The notes under the pieces were generated by a model. That model saw nothing but the letters and a program-made list of their open reading frames with translations, was not told the DNA's origin and made no database searches. Positions 1 to 13,360 of a stretch of DNA of 64,000 nucleotides are shown here, piece by piece (position 1 is the stretch's first letter; each line of letters begins with the position of its first letter). Position numbers and translations under genes: made by a program. The stretch covers positions 130,822,001 to 130,886,000 of the forward strand of contig NC_086097.1 in assembly GCF_963921235.1 (NCBI RefSeq). The letters are read 5' to 3'. This DNA is from Mobula hypostoma. Its lineage: Eukaryota.

Positions 1-3000
1 AGACCAATGAAACATAAAATTATGGCACTGGTGGAATTCAGCTGACATTCTTAAAATATTCCACAAATGTAGGATTGAAACACAAAATTAACATCAGCAA
101 ATAAATTGTATTAACTTAAATAATTCATATTGAATTAATCTACATCCATAGTTTCACGACCATGTTGGATAGATCTTGAAATCGCAATTGAAATTTATTG
201 AGAAAACAAAACAGAAGCTCTAAACAATTCATGGAACTCCCTAGATTAAAATAAGTGCTTCTTATCAACAACTTTTGATTTATCAACAATTTTTTCTGCA
301 TTTGTTTTATTGAAGAATGTCTATTTTGGTTTGCAAGCAGTTTCAGTATTCCTCCTTGGGCAACCATTGGTCTGGATGACTATTGCAGTGGCTATAATGT
401 TATTATATGTAAAATTGCTCAGCAGTGATTCCCCAGGTTTTCAGCAAATTAACAATCTCTACCATCAAGGAGTTGGGCTTCAGGCATTCTGGAATGCCAC
501 TTCCTACTTATTTTCCCTACTTAGAATATACATTGGTACTTCTCTATTATTAATGGGCCCAAATCTTGGAACTTTCAATCCAATAGCACTGTAAACAGTA
601 TCTTTGGAAGCCTTCAACTGTTCATGAGATGAAGTTGCCAGTAACAATCAGACTCTAAAAAAATTATTTAATTTTGAAAAATACATCCCTTGCACCATTC
701 ACAAATAAACTGTGTGCATAAATGAAAATCCACTAATGTCACGAAATAGTTAGCCACTATTCTCAAACTAGCTACTAGCTTAACTGGAAGAGATTCTGTA
801 ATACAGAAATGTTTTCATGTGTAAAATCATTCTGTTAAGCAATATGCAAAGGTCAACAAATCCATTTCTTCTTACAATAGCTGTGAAGTATGTCAAGTCA
901 TCAGAACCTATCAAATATTCCACTGCATTTATTGGTTAAAACCCACTACAATCTACATCATGGCGGTGGTTTATTAAATATTCTATCTTTTATCTTTACT
1001 GCAGTGACTGCTCTATAAAAGATCAATTTTCACAGTTCTAGCACCTTCTTTTCTTCGGAATAGCCAACAATCAAACTGTAAAGTACACATGCTATAGCCT
1101 GATAAACCAGCAAGTAATTGGATGCTTAATTTTTTTTTGGAAGACAACAATGGTATTCCATTCCTGTATATTTCAACTGATTGTGATAACATTAATATAC
1201 CTGTAATTTGTCTACAAACATAGTAACTAAACAGCCTTCAAACCAGATGGACATAACTACATTCCAGAGTATTGATAAAATGGGTTACTCTCTGGGTTTG
1301 GTGTGATATAATTTACTTGAAGAATTCTTTTCATGGATATTAAAAAAACTCATTTGGAACAAAGCTTTCTGGTGAATGCAGCATAATTACACATCTTGCA
1401 ATGAAAGAACACCAACATTTTGAAGTCTTATTTCAAATTAGGAAAATGATCCCTCTGCTTTGGGCCAGTAAAGCTACTAGCTTTCTTGATGGTTTGGAAG
1501 CAGGGGGCGGGGGGGGGGGGGGGCAGGAGAGAAGAGGGATGGAAAAAGTCAGAGTTACGAACAAATCACTGCTTAGAAGTAATTTTGTTGCATTAAATGT
1601 GAGGGGTATTTGAAATATTCTAAGGAAGTACTATTTAATGAAAACTAGTTAGGTACCAGATTAAGATCACCACTTTAGTCTGCAAACTGTTTCATATAAT
1701 CATTACTTATTCCATATAATCCAATCTTAAAATTTTCCTCATTTACTTGAATTGTTTTATTTAAATAGGCCAGGTGTTTTATCTATTGACTGCAAAGTGA
1801 AGTCTTGTTTTTCCCGTCCTCCCCCCCACCCCCACCACAAAGACACATTCATAACTTTCATCTGATGTAATCTGTATCACTGATAAGACTCCACAAGTGT
1901 ACATATAGCCACAACATTTAGCAAGAAGTCAAATTATGCTCTGGTTGTGTGGACTATGCTCGGAGCTAAAATTAAAGATGTGAGCCAAATTTTGAAAAGG
2001 AACCAAAACCTATTGAAATACCTATTCACTGATTTAGCTAAAGAATTATTGATCCCACAAATTCTTTGGACAACCAGCCAACCTATTATAATTTGAATTT
2101 TGAGAAGAAATCACTTTGATTAAGAGCATAAACATTCAGTCTTTTTCAGATATCAAAATGATAATGAAAACCAGATTAGTAGAAATAACCATTATGAATT
2201 TCACAAACCATTTTGCTTTCAAAAGCAACAGCCTCATTGTTGAAAAAAGTCATAACATTACATTTGGTAAAATTAAAAGTAGTAATTTCTTGAGGTAAGA
2301 TAAACTTGATGTAACTGCAGGCAAGCACAGTAATACTAAAAATGCAGAATTTGCATCTTGATGTAGATATGAAAGCCTTAATTACTGGATACATCTGCTA
2401 GATGCTGGCATTAACAGTGGTGTATAATCCAGAGATCAGGCTGTCTGTTTTCATACCAGTTTTGTTATTATCTTTACATTAGCATTATTTACTGGATTAA
2501 CTTTATACCAATCTGTTTCTATGGCCCAGAATTTGCAATGAACAACAGAGAGGCTAATCAGTGTTCACATTTATAATGGAGGAAATCTGGCAGCAACTTC
2601 TGGAGTATGTACATCCATAGATGCTGTCACAATTCCCTGCTCCACCACAGAGTGCACTGTTGTGCAGCTTTCACCAGCATAATCTACACAAATCAGTGAA
2701 TGAGGGAACCTTCAGGTACTTAAAATCATTCCAAAAGTAATTATTGCACAATGACAATTAGAACCTTTAATTGGCTAGCAGACTTTCACTGTTTAACAAG
2801 TTCTTTGGCCCGAGAATGTTAAGTCAATATGCAGTTATGCACTCAGTTTACTACAAAATTTGATGCTTTTTTTAAAAAAAACAGTAATTCTTTATTCAGT
2901 TCATCAATGTTTCACCATGTGTATAAGCTAATTTTTATTTTGCTTTCTCTGTTTGTCAACCAATCTTGGTATTTGAATGCTGCTCTAGTTTTTCAATGGT

Positions 3001-3867
3001 TTCAGTTTGGAGAAGTCAGATCTCTGAAGCTGTTCTTTCAGAAGTTGGGAAATGTGAAATCTAAGCCACAGAGATCGATGGCCTTCAGCAGCAGCTTTGC
3101 TTAAGACAGGCAATGAGCACTGTTAATTAGCCACATATTTCAAAATACAAGCCATCATCATTTCTAAATAATGTGAAACAGCTGATGGAAGTGCCACTAA
3201 ATAATTTTATTGTCCTTCACACACTGAAACGAAATAGATTACCCAGTAGGGGGGAAAAAAGAGAAAATATTGGAGACTCAAAATAGGCAATGGTGTACTG
3301 AGTGCTTTATAACTACCACCACCATCCAAGTTCACTAACAATGGGAGTTCAAGAATTACTGAAATTATAAACAACACACAATACTCCAAAAGTCACTTCT
3401 CTGCCACCAAAACCTATTAAATGAACGCACACATTTTTAAAGAGAAAATGCACACTACAAAATTGAAATGGAAAGAGCAGCTAACATTGAGCCAATTCTA
3501 AAAGCTGATACAAAATGGAAACCAAAATCATTTAGTTTCTTGAAAATAAAAAGAATAACTACAAATGCTGGAAACCAGAAAATAAAACCCTCCTAGCTTA
3601 TTAACAAGACACTAAAAAAAATACCGTTAGCATTCAGTGATCACCAGCATTTATGGAAAGAGAAACAAGAGTTAACATTCCAGATTCAAGTCGTCACTTT
3701 TTATTGTCATTTTGACCATAACTGCTGGTAAAGTACACAGTAAAAACGAGACATTTTTCAGGACCATGGTGCTACATGAGCAATACAATAACTACACTGA
3801 ACTACGTAAAACGCAAAACTACACTAGACTACAGACCAACCCAGGAATGCATAAAGTGCACAAAACA

Positions 3868-4817
3868 GTACACCCATGATTCTGTAGCCAAGTTTCCATT
3901 GAACTCAATATATAAATTTGCCGATGACACCACAATTGTAGGCCGTATCTCAGGTAATGATGAATTTGAGTACAGAGAGGAAATTAAGAACCTGGTGGCA
4001 TGGTGCGAAGATAATAACCTATCCCTCAATGTCAGCAAGACGAAGGAATTGGTTGTTGACTTCAGAAGGAGTAGCGGACCGCACGACCCCATTTACGTTG
4101 GTGGTGCGCAAGTGGAACAGGTCAAAAGCTTTAAGTTCCTCGGGGTCAATATCACAAATGACCTGACTTGGTCCAACCAAGCAGAGTCCACTGCCAAGAA
4201 GTCCCACCAGCGCCTTTAGTTCCTGAGAAAGCTAAAGAAATTTGGCCTGTCCCCTAAAACCCTCACCAATTTTTATAGATGCACCGTAGAAAGCATTCTT
4301 CTGGGGTGCATCACAACCTGGTATGGAAGTTGTCCTGTCCAAGACCGGAAGAAGCTGCAGAGGATCGTGAACACAGCCCAGCACATCACACAAACCAATC
4401 TTCCATCCTTGGACTCATTTTACACTGCACGCTGTCGGAGCAGTGCTGCCAGGATAATCAAGGACAGGACCCACCCAGCCAACACACTTTTCATCCCTCT
4501 TCCCTCTGGGAGAAGGCTCAGGAGCTTGAAGACTCGTATGGCCAAATTTGGGAACAGCTTCTTTCCAACTGTGGTAAGACTGCTGAACAGATCTTGCCCC
4601 GGATAGGGCCGTACCCTCCAACTATTCAGACTTGCCTCCTGGTTTTTTTACACTACCTTACTTTCCTTTTTCTATTTTCTATTTATGATTCATAATACAA
4701 ATTTTTAATATTTACTATAGATTTGTACTCCAGGGAGCACGAAGCACAGAATCAAATATCACTGTGATGATTGTACGCTCTAGTATCAATTGTTTGGCGA
4801 CAATAAAGTAAAGTAAA
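3868..4817 (+). mobile_element. 5'-truncated Rex1/Babar-type LINE with (AGTAA)n tail
   Basis: RT C-terminal half (KFADDTT, FKFLGVNIT, HPANTLF) followed by AATAAAGTAAAGTAAAG. Same family as 32137-33670. Confidence 0.88.
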
Positions 4818-5713
4818 GGCATTACAATAAATAATAAACAAGACAGCATGCACAGTAGAGGGCAGCAGGTTGGTGTCAGTCCAGGCTCTGGGTATTGAGG
4901 AGTCTGGTGGCTTGGGGGAAGAAACTGTTACATAGTCTGGTCGTGAGAGCCCTAATACTTTGGTGCCTTTTGCCAGATGGCAGGAGGAAGAAGAGTTTGT
5001 ATGAGGGGTGCTTGGGGTCCTTCATAATGCTGTTTGCTTTATGGATGCAGCGTGTGGTGTAAATTTTTGTAATAGCCGTAAGGGAGACCCCAATGATCTT
5101 CTCAGCTCACCTCACTATCCGCTGAAGGGTCTTGCGATCTAAGATGGCGCAATTTCCGAACCAGGCAGTGATGCAGCTGCTCAGGATGCTCTCAATACAA
5201 CCTCTGTAGAATGTGGTGAGGATTGGGAGGGGTGGGAGATGGACTTTTCTCAGCCTTCACAGAAAGTAGAGATGCTGCTGATCTTTCTTTGCTATGGAGC
5301 TAGTGTTGAGGGACCAGGTGAGATTCTCCGCCAGGTGAACACCAAGAAATTTGGTGCTCTTAACGATCGATCTCTACGGAGGAGTCGTCGATGTTCCACG
5401 GCGAGTGGTCATTCCGTGTCCTCCTGAAGTCAACAACCATCTCTTCTGTTTTGTTCACATTCAGAGACAGGTTGTTGGCTCTGCACCAGTCCGTTAGCCG
5501 CTGCATCTCCTCTCTGTATGCTGACTCATCATTCTTGCTGATGAGACCCACCGTGGTCATGTCATCAGCGAACTTGATGATGTGGTTTGATCTGTGTGTT
5601 GCTGCACAGTCGTGGGTCGGCAGAGTGAACAGCAGTGGACTGAGCACACAGCCCTGGGTGGCTTCCATGCTCAGTGTGATGGTGTTGGAGATGCTGCTTC
5701 CAATTCAGACTCA

Positions 5714-5845
<132 letters not shown>

Positions 5846-6029
5846 TCAAACATGTGTCTCTTTTGTCCAGGTGGGTGAGGGCCAGGTGGATGGTGGTGGC
5901 GATGGAGTTGTCTGTTGAGTGGCTGGGACAATACGCGAACTGCAGGGGGTCCAGTGAGGGGGGCAGCAGGGTCTTGATTTGCCTCATGATGAGCCTCTCG
6001 AAACACTTCATGATGATGGATGTGAGTGC

Positions 6030-6100
6030 AACAGGACGGTAGTCGTTGAGGCAGGACACTGAAGAACAGGACGGTAGTCGTTGAGGCAGGACACTGAAGA
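6030..6100 (+). repeat. Perfect 35-bp tandem duplication inside the LINE RT region
   Basis: AACAGGACGGTAGTCGTTGAGGCAGGACACTGAAG occurs twice head-to-tail. Confidence 0.9.
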
Positions 6101-7682
6101 CTTCTTCGGCACGGGGACGATGGTGGTGGCCATGAAGCACATAGGAACAACGGCGCTGCTCAAGGAGATGTTGAAGATGTCAGTGAGAATCTCAGCTAGC
6201 TGGTCTGCACATCATCTGAGCACACGGCCAGGAATATTGTCTGGTCCAGCAGCCTTCCGTGGATTGACCCTGCACAGGGTTCTCCTCACATCGGCCACGG
6301 TAAGACACAGCACCTGGTTGTTTGAAGGAGGGGTGGTCTTCCTCACCGCCATGTCATTTTCTGCCTCAAAACTAGCGTAGAAGTTACTCAACACATCTGG
6401 GAGGGAGGCATCACTAGCACAAGCAGGTGGTGATGTCTTGAATGCCCTTCCACATGTGCCATGTGTCGCCACTGTCCTGGAAGTGGCTGCGGATTCGCTG
6501 GGCATGTGCTCGCTTTGCCTCTCCGATGGCCCCGGACAGTCTGGCCCTCGCAGTTGTTAGGGCTGCCTTGCCGCCTGCTCTGAAGGCGGAATCACGGGTC
6601 CTCAGCAGCGCACGCACCTCCGCGGTCATCCATGGCTTCTGGTTAGCACGTGTAGTGATGGTCTTGGCCACAGTGACATCATCGATGCACTTGCTGACGT
6701 AGCTAGTCACTGATGCCGTGTACTCCTCTAAATTGGTAGAGTCACCGTCGGTTGCAGCCTCCCCAAACATGTGCCAGTCAGTGTGCTCAAAGCAGTCTTG
6801 AAAAGCAGAGATGGTTCCTGTTGGCCAGGTTTTCACCTGCTTCTGAACTGGTCTGGAGCGTCTGACGAGCGGTCTGTATGATGGGATTAGCATAACAGAG
6901 ATGTGGTCTGAGTAGCTGAGGTGGGGGCTTCTTCACACTCGGCCTGCAGTTCTTTTGTTCTTTTGTCTCAGTTACTGGCCGACCAGCTAGGCTCCCAGAA
7001 ATTTATTTTTATTCTTTTAGCGTCTCATTTAACTAGGAGTAAAAAATATGGTTAAGAATGTACAAACACAAGAGCAGCACCACCTTCCACACTCCCCTCC
7101 CCCTTTCCTCCCAACATTCTTCCCCAAATTCCTACTTCCCAAAGTCTTCCACAAATTGTGAGCCTGTTTACCCACATTTATTGCTTGAATTTCCAGGGCA
7201 CTATGAAAATTCTAGTTGGCCAACATAACTTGTTCTTCCATTACACTCCTTGCGCTGATCAAACTCCTACTATACTTTTATAGCAGGAATTTAACACAAC
7301 AATGGAAGGTGGTGATAAAAGCTGAAGAATTGAGTAAGTGAACTCTGACAGTAACAAACAAAATGCTGGAGGAACTCAGCAGGTGTTGATAAATGGAAGG
7401 TACTTCCTCCCACTTGAAGGAGCATGATTTGAGATTCAATGCTTTAACGAATTCTAGATAGAGCAGCCTCCATGGTTAACACTAGACCAAAAATTCACTT
7501 CTTCTCCATTAACACATCCACACATTGCACTTGACAACTTGAAGTGTACTTTAACAATGCCTCATTGCTGCTGCAAGCTTCACTGCCAGTTACGAAGGAA
7601 GAATCGTGATTGCCAGAGGTGTCATAACCCAAGATGTAGCCATTAGCACCTGCATAGGCCCCAGATATGCCTGACTTTTCAT

Positions 7683-8408
7683 AGTCATACTTTATTGATC
7701 CTGGGGGAAATTGGTTTTCGTTACAGTTGCACCATAAATAACAAATAGTAATAGAACCATAAATAGTTAAATAGTAGTATGTAAATTATGCCAGTAAATT
7801 ATGAAATAAGTCCAGGACCACCCTATCGGCTCAGGGTGTCTGACCCTGCAAGGGAGGAGTTGTAAAGTTTGATGGCCACAAGCAGGAATGACTTCCTACG
7901 ATGCTCTGTGCTGCATCTCGGTGGAATGAGTCTCTGGCTGAATGTACTCCTGTGCCCAGCCGGTACATTATGTAGTGGATGGGAGACATTGACCAAGATG
8001 GCATGCAACTTGGACAGCATCCTCTTTTCAGACACCACCGTGAGAAAATCCAGTTCCATCCCCACAACATCACTGGCCTTACGAATGAGTTTGTTGATTC
8101 TGTTGGTGTCTGCTACCCTCAGCCTGCTGCCCCAGCACACATCAGCAAACACGATAGCACTGGCCACCACAGACTCATAGAACATCCTCAGCATCATTCG
8201 GCAGATGTTAAAAGGACCTCAGTCTCCTCAGGAAATAGAGACAGCTCTGTCCCTTCTTGTAGACAGCCTCAGTGTTCTTTGACCAGTCCAGTTTATTGTC
8301 AATTCGTATTCCCAGGAATTTGTAATCCTCCACCATGTCCACCCTGACCCCCTGGATGGAAACAGGGGTCACCGGTGCCTTAGCTCTCTTCAGGTCTACC
8401 ACCAGCTC
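7683..8408 (-). mobile_element. 5'-truncated Rex1/Babar-type LINE with (ATGACT)n tail
   Basis: ORFs 8208..8522 and 7823..8197 (DNKLDWSKNT, LYFLRRLRSF, HPLH). Candidate TSD CTTTTCAT at 7675-7682 and 8409-8416. Highly similar to 48723-49330 and 53430-54235. Confidence 0.88.
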
Positions 8409-8633
8409 CTTTTCATTGACTATATGAAATAGTCCATGTTCCAAGCTTCCACTGGAGACACTCCCTAACTCCTTCTGCATTACATAGGTGTCTGCTTCAT
8501 GCACCCATGCCGAGTTCGTCAATTTAATAAATTTTTACCTCCAACTTCCTCCCGATCCTTAAATTCATTTGGTCCATTTCTAACACCTCTCTTCACTTTC
8601 TAGATCTTCCTCACCATCTTTGGAGACAGACTG

Positions 8634-8643
<10 letters not shown>

Positions 8644-8679
<36 letters not shown>
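8644..8679. repeat. (TA)18 microsatellite
   Basis: Directly visible; lies in the PLE RT remnant at the position of the D-x-Y-Y-K-P codons. Confidence 0.95.
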
Positions 8680-8683
<4 letters not shown>

Positions 8684-11600
8684 CAGCGATTTCCACGACT
8701 ATCTTGACAATAGTTCCCACCCTGCCATTTTTGTAAAAATGCCATTTCCTTTTCTCAGTTCCTTCTTCTCTGCTGCATCTGTCGTCAGAATGAGTCTTTT
8801 CTTTGCAGATCCTCTGAGGTGTCCTCCTGCAAAGAATGGGGTTTCCCTTCCTTCCTTCTGACATTGATGCTCCCCTCACCCACATCTGTTCCACTTCCCA
8901 GATATCCACCCTCGCTCTATCTTCCCACCACCTCAACAAAAATTGAGTTCCTCTTGTCCTTACCTACTATCCCATGAGCCTCCACATCCAGCTCATCATT
9001 ATTCACAACTGCTGCAATATTCAATGTGATCCCACCACCAAACGTATCTTTCCTCCCTCCTCCACCCCCCAACTTCCCGCTATCCAAGGGAATAGTCTCT
9101 CCGTGGGTTCCCTTGTGTAATTCATCCTTCCCCACTGATTTCCCTCCTGGTACTTATCCCTGCGAGTATGGCAAGTGCTACGCCTGCCCGTTCACTTCCT
9201 CCTTCACCATCATTCAGGGCCCCAAACAATCTTTCAGGTGAGACAACACTTCATCTGCAAGTCTGTCTGAGTCATCTACTATGTCTGTTTTTTTTTCCAT
9301 TGTGGATTGTTCTACATTAGTAAGACCCAATATAGATTTGGGGAGGGGGGAGCTTTGTCAAGCACCTTCGCCCCACCCAACCAGTTAAATCCACTGCCCA
9401 TTTCCATTCTGGCACGTTGGTCCATCAGTCTATGGCTTCAATGCCACGATGAGGCCACTGTCAGGTTGAAGAAGCAATAATTCATAATTCAGCTCGATAG
9501 CTTGACTGTTTGAACATTGCTTTCTCCAACTTCCCCTAATTTCTTGCCCCTCCCTTCTTCTCTCCCTTTCCATTCCCATTTTGGACACCTCTTACACTGT
9601 CTACTCTCCTCACCTGCCTATTACCTTCCTCTGATGCCACCCCTCCTACCCTTTCTCCAATTGTCCACTTCCTCTTCTATCAAATTCCTTCTTCAGCCCT
9701 TCACCTTTTCTACCTATTACCCCCGCCCCCCCCATCTTGCCCCTCACCTGGCTTCACCTTTCACCTTGTATACATTCGCTCACCTCACACTCTTATTTTG
9801 GCTTTCCCTTTCCAGTCCTGATGAGGGTCTGGGCCCAAAATGTTGACTATTTATTCCTCTCTAAAGATGCTGCAATTATAGATTGTTCAGCCCATATTCT
9901 ATTGTTGGAGAGACAATGAGCTTAACTTAAATACTGAAACTCTGATGTCATTAATGGAGTCCCAAAGGTCAAGGGAAGGTGATCCTGCTTCTTCTTAATC
10001 AAAGTATAACAAGAACGTTAACTGTCATCTACGAGCCAAGACTACTGTCAAAGCCTTACTATCAACAGGCCTGAGGTGCTTCATTACTGCAACAAAATAT
10101 ATGGAATTATCTGCAAATAATTCCTTCCTTAATAGCCATTGCTAAAGCATGCAAATGAAGGAAACTGTCCCAAAAACTCTACTGAAGGAATTAACATCTT
10201 ATACATAAGACTTTAATAAAAGTATTCTACTTTCAAATTTACATTGCAATTCAATTTTTGGCAAGCATTTCTGAGAACAAACGTAACTGAAAGTAATGCT
10301 CATATCGTTACTCATTTCTGTTTATCGCTTATTTCTGTATTGCCGACATCAAGAGTGTAACCAGGTCTTAAATGAAAGATTGCTGTTGCAACCTAATTAC
10401 AGTATCAATGAGCAGGTCATTGGTCAACTGATTCTTGAGCAAATTGGATTTTCTCATTCTATATCATTAATAATGTTTGTGGGAGGATGAATAGTAAATT
10501 TGCCAGCCATTTCTTGTCCTGTGATTGTATTGTTAAATAAACATAACTGCATTGCAACAATCTTGCTCGACTACCTTGCACTGTCTTGCATATGCTTTTG
10601 AAGATGTTGTAAGGGCCCGTAACCTCCAACCACTATACTCAGTTAATCCATACCTTGGAGACCACAAGGACATCACTTCTCCAGAGCATTACAACTCCCT
10701 TGTTGCTAAGTAACCAAAAAAAGTCAACGTGACGAGTTGTTGGACTTATTCAACTCCTAATCTACCTTTCAGTACAGAGGATGCAAGGATCCTTTGAAAA
10801 GAAACATATTGCAAAAGCAAGCACTTGGCAAACACAAGCAATAACGCAATGATCCATTGTACTACCTATTAACATGTTGGTAAGAGTAGTTTCTTCTATA
10901 AAGAGCCTTTGATAGAGTCTACAGTTTAACAAGTTGTCAGAAATAGAATTTTGCGTTCATATTTTCATGCATTAACCAAATAAAGGAGATCAGGAAAGGA
11001 GATTTAAAAAGCACTAAAATAAAATACTTGAAAATTTTTGCAATTCCATTGACTATGAATCATGAAACATCACTGCCATCCACATAACGTTTCTCAAGAC
11101 AACTATATTTCTATCTTGTGATTTACTTATAGGTCTCGTTTAAAAATTTATGGTAAACAACCACTTAAGAGACAGCAAAATTGAATTACTTTGCTTGCCT
11201 GACGGACATATGATAACAACATCCTGGAGGAGGCAGTTAGTATTTGTCAACAAATTTCAATTCTTCCGTTCTTAATAATTCAGAATCGCGTAGAAATACA
11301 TAACAATTTTAATAAAAAAGATTTCTATATTCAAATAGATATTACTGGTCTGATCAAAACACATCTGAAAATATAAACTAAATTCTCAATAAAAAGAAGA
11401 TAATTCTATAAAAAGTAACATTTCAAAACAAGTAAACGTGCACATCCAATCCATAAGCAGGATTAGCCAGCTGCTAGTAAAATGTCACAATGCATTCCTA
11501 AAAATGCTTCTATCCCTCATGGTTAATTAGGGTCTGAAATTGACATTTATCATTGATAAGTCAACTTGAACACCAGGAGGTTTATGAAATTTCTGTATAA

Positions 11601-13360
11601 TTAATTACTTGTTATATTCTATTTTAAGGAGAAACCAGAACTTCCAAAATAAAAGCCCACAAACTTAAAAGTTTAACTGAAATACACACAGTTCTTTGTA
11701 ACAGTTGAGAATCAAAAATGTGCATCAAATATACCAAAACAGATTTCTGCACATTAATTTACACATATCTGAATCGCATTTTGAAATCTTCTACTATTTT
11801 GTATTTGGTTCTGAAGGGTACTGGTAGTCATTGACATTTACATATAAATCTATCATGCACATCTAATTTAACCCTATACCAAATCTAGCAAAGGACTAAC
11901 TACATAAGTCTAATTCCAGTCTTCCAAAACTGACTACCACAGAATTCGGTGAAATAAACAAAAAAGTACTTTTAAAATAAATAAGTTTACTAGCTTCTGC
12001 CCTTCTTTATTTTCTTTATCAATGTCAATACTTATGTAAATTAATTTGTAATAGGATGTCTCAGCAAGCAACAACTCAAATGTTTCCATGCAACTAGAAA
12101 GCAATCGAGCTAACAATGGTCTTTGAGTAAATATCAAGGTTATACCAAAGTGGGTGTGTTTAATTCTCTGCAACTTTCACTCCATTTTATTTATTTTATG
12201 TGAATTGATTCCTTGACGAAATGAGCAAAGTCTGATATGCAACATGAAAATTAAGTATGCAATTAAGCCATTTAATTCCTTAACAATTGCAACTTCAGAA
12301 ACAGAATTTGATAAAAAGAAACTTGTGTTCTTGATATACATAGTCAGGCCTGTAGGTCAGTATCCAAAAAACAAAATCATCAGCATGAGTGATTTTAAAA
12401 ACCTGGAGATAATTTTACATAACAATTTATGCAATTTATTGCCATACAACACAATTCATGCTTTATTAGTAATGGGATATTTATTGAGGAAGAGCAAATA
12501 TTCAGGTTATAAGCTTTTACATGGTTAAGTACATGTGCAGTATTTCTCAAAAACTTGCATTTACGAAGTCCCTATCATGTCCAGAAAGCCCCATTTTGAA
12601 GTGTAGTCATTGTTGCAATATAAAAAACTTGAGAAAAATAAATTATCACATCAATTGCTCCACTGTGAAGAAGGACAAGCAGATGATAGGGTAAAATTAC
12701 AATCAGTGGGATGATTTAAAGTGTAGCAGAGGGCCAAAATCTAAAAGGGTGATGAATACAGAACTAAAGGTGTTATATTTCAATGCATGCTGTATACAGA
12801 ATAAGGTAGATGATATGGCAGCGCAGTTAGAGGTTGGCAGGTATGATGCTGTGCGCATTGCTATGCTGTCATAGTTGGGAGCTTAACATCCAAGGATACA
12901 CATTGTATCAAAAGGATAGGCAGGTAGGCAGAGGGGTTGGGATGGCTTTATTGGTAAAAAGAAATAAAATCAAATCTTTAGAAAGAGGTGACATAGGATC
13001 AGATGATGTAGAATCCTTGTGGGTAGAGTTAAAAAACTGCAAGGATAAAAAGACCCAGATGACGGTTATATAGAGGCTTCCGATCAGTAGCCAGGATGTG
13101 GTCTACAAAGTACAACGAGAAATAGAAAAGGAATGTTAAAAAGGCAATGTTGCGATGGTCATGGTGAGAAGGGGGTGGGGTGGATTTCAATATGCAGGTA
13201 GATTGGGAAATTCAGGTTGGTGCTGGATCTGAAGAAAGGGAAATCGTAGAATGTCTACAAAATGGCTTCTTAGAGCGGTCTGTGGTTGAGCCCACTAGAA
13301 GAATGGCAATTCTAGATTCAATGTTATATAAGGACCCTGATTTGATTAGGGAGCTTAAAC

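Larger units (their letters stand above)
7470..9875 (+). mobile_element. Degraded Penelope-like element (RT, GIY-YIG, 3' end), interrupted by a Rex LINE
   Basis: Remnants parallel the better copy at 45474-47046 (PPGTYPCEYGKCYAC, IQGPKQSF). 3' end has a hammerhead-like CAGTC-CTGATGA at about 9813-9848. Confidence 0.75.

Noticed and set aside
1503..1523. G-run or potential G-quadruplex
   Set aside because: Simple homopolymer with no supporting context; similar runs are scattered through the window.
310..3389. Short hydrophobic ORFs in AT-rich sequence
   Set aside because: No recognisable motifs or splice support; expected by chance in intronic DNA.
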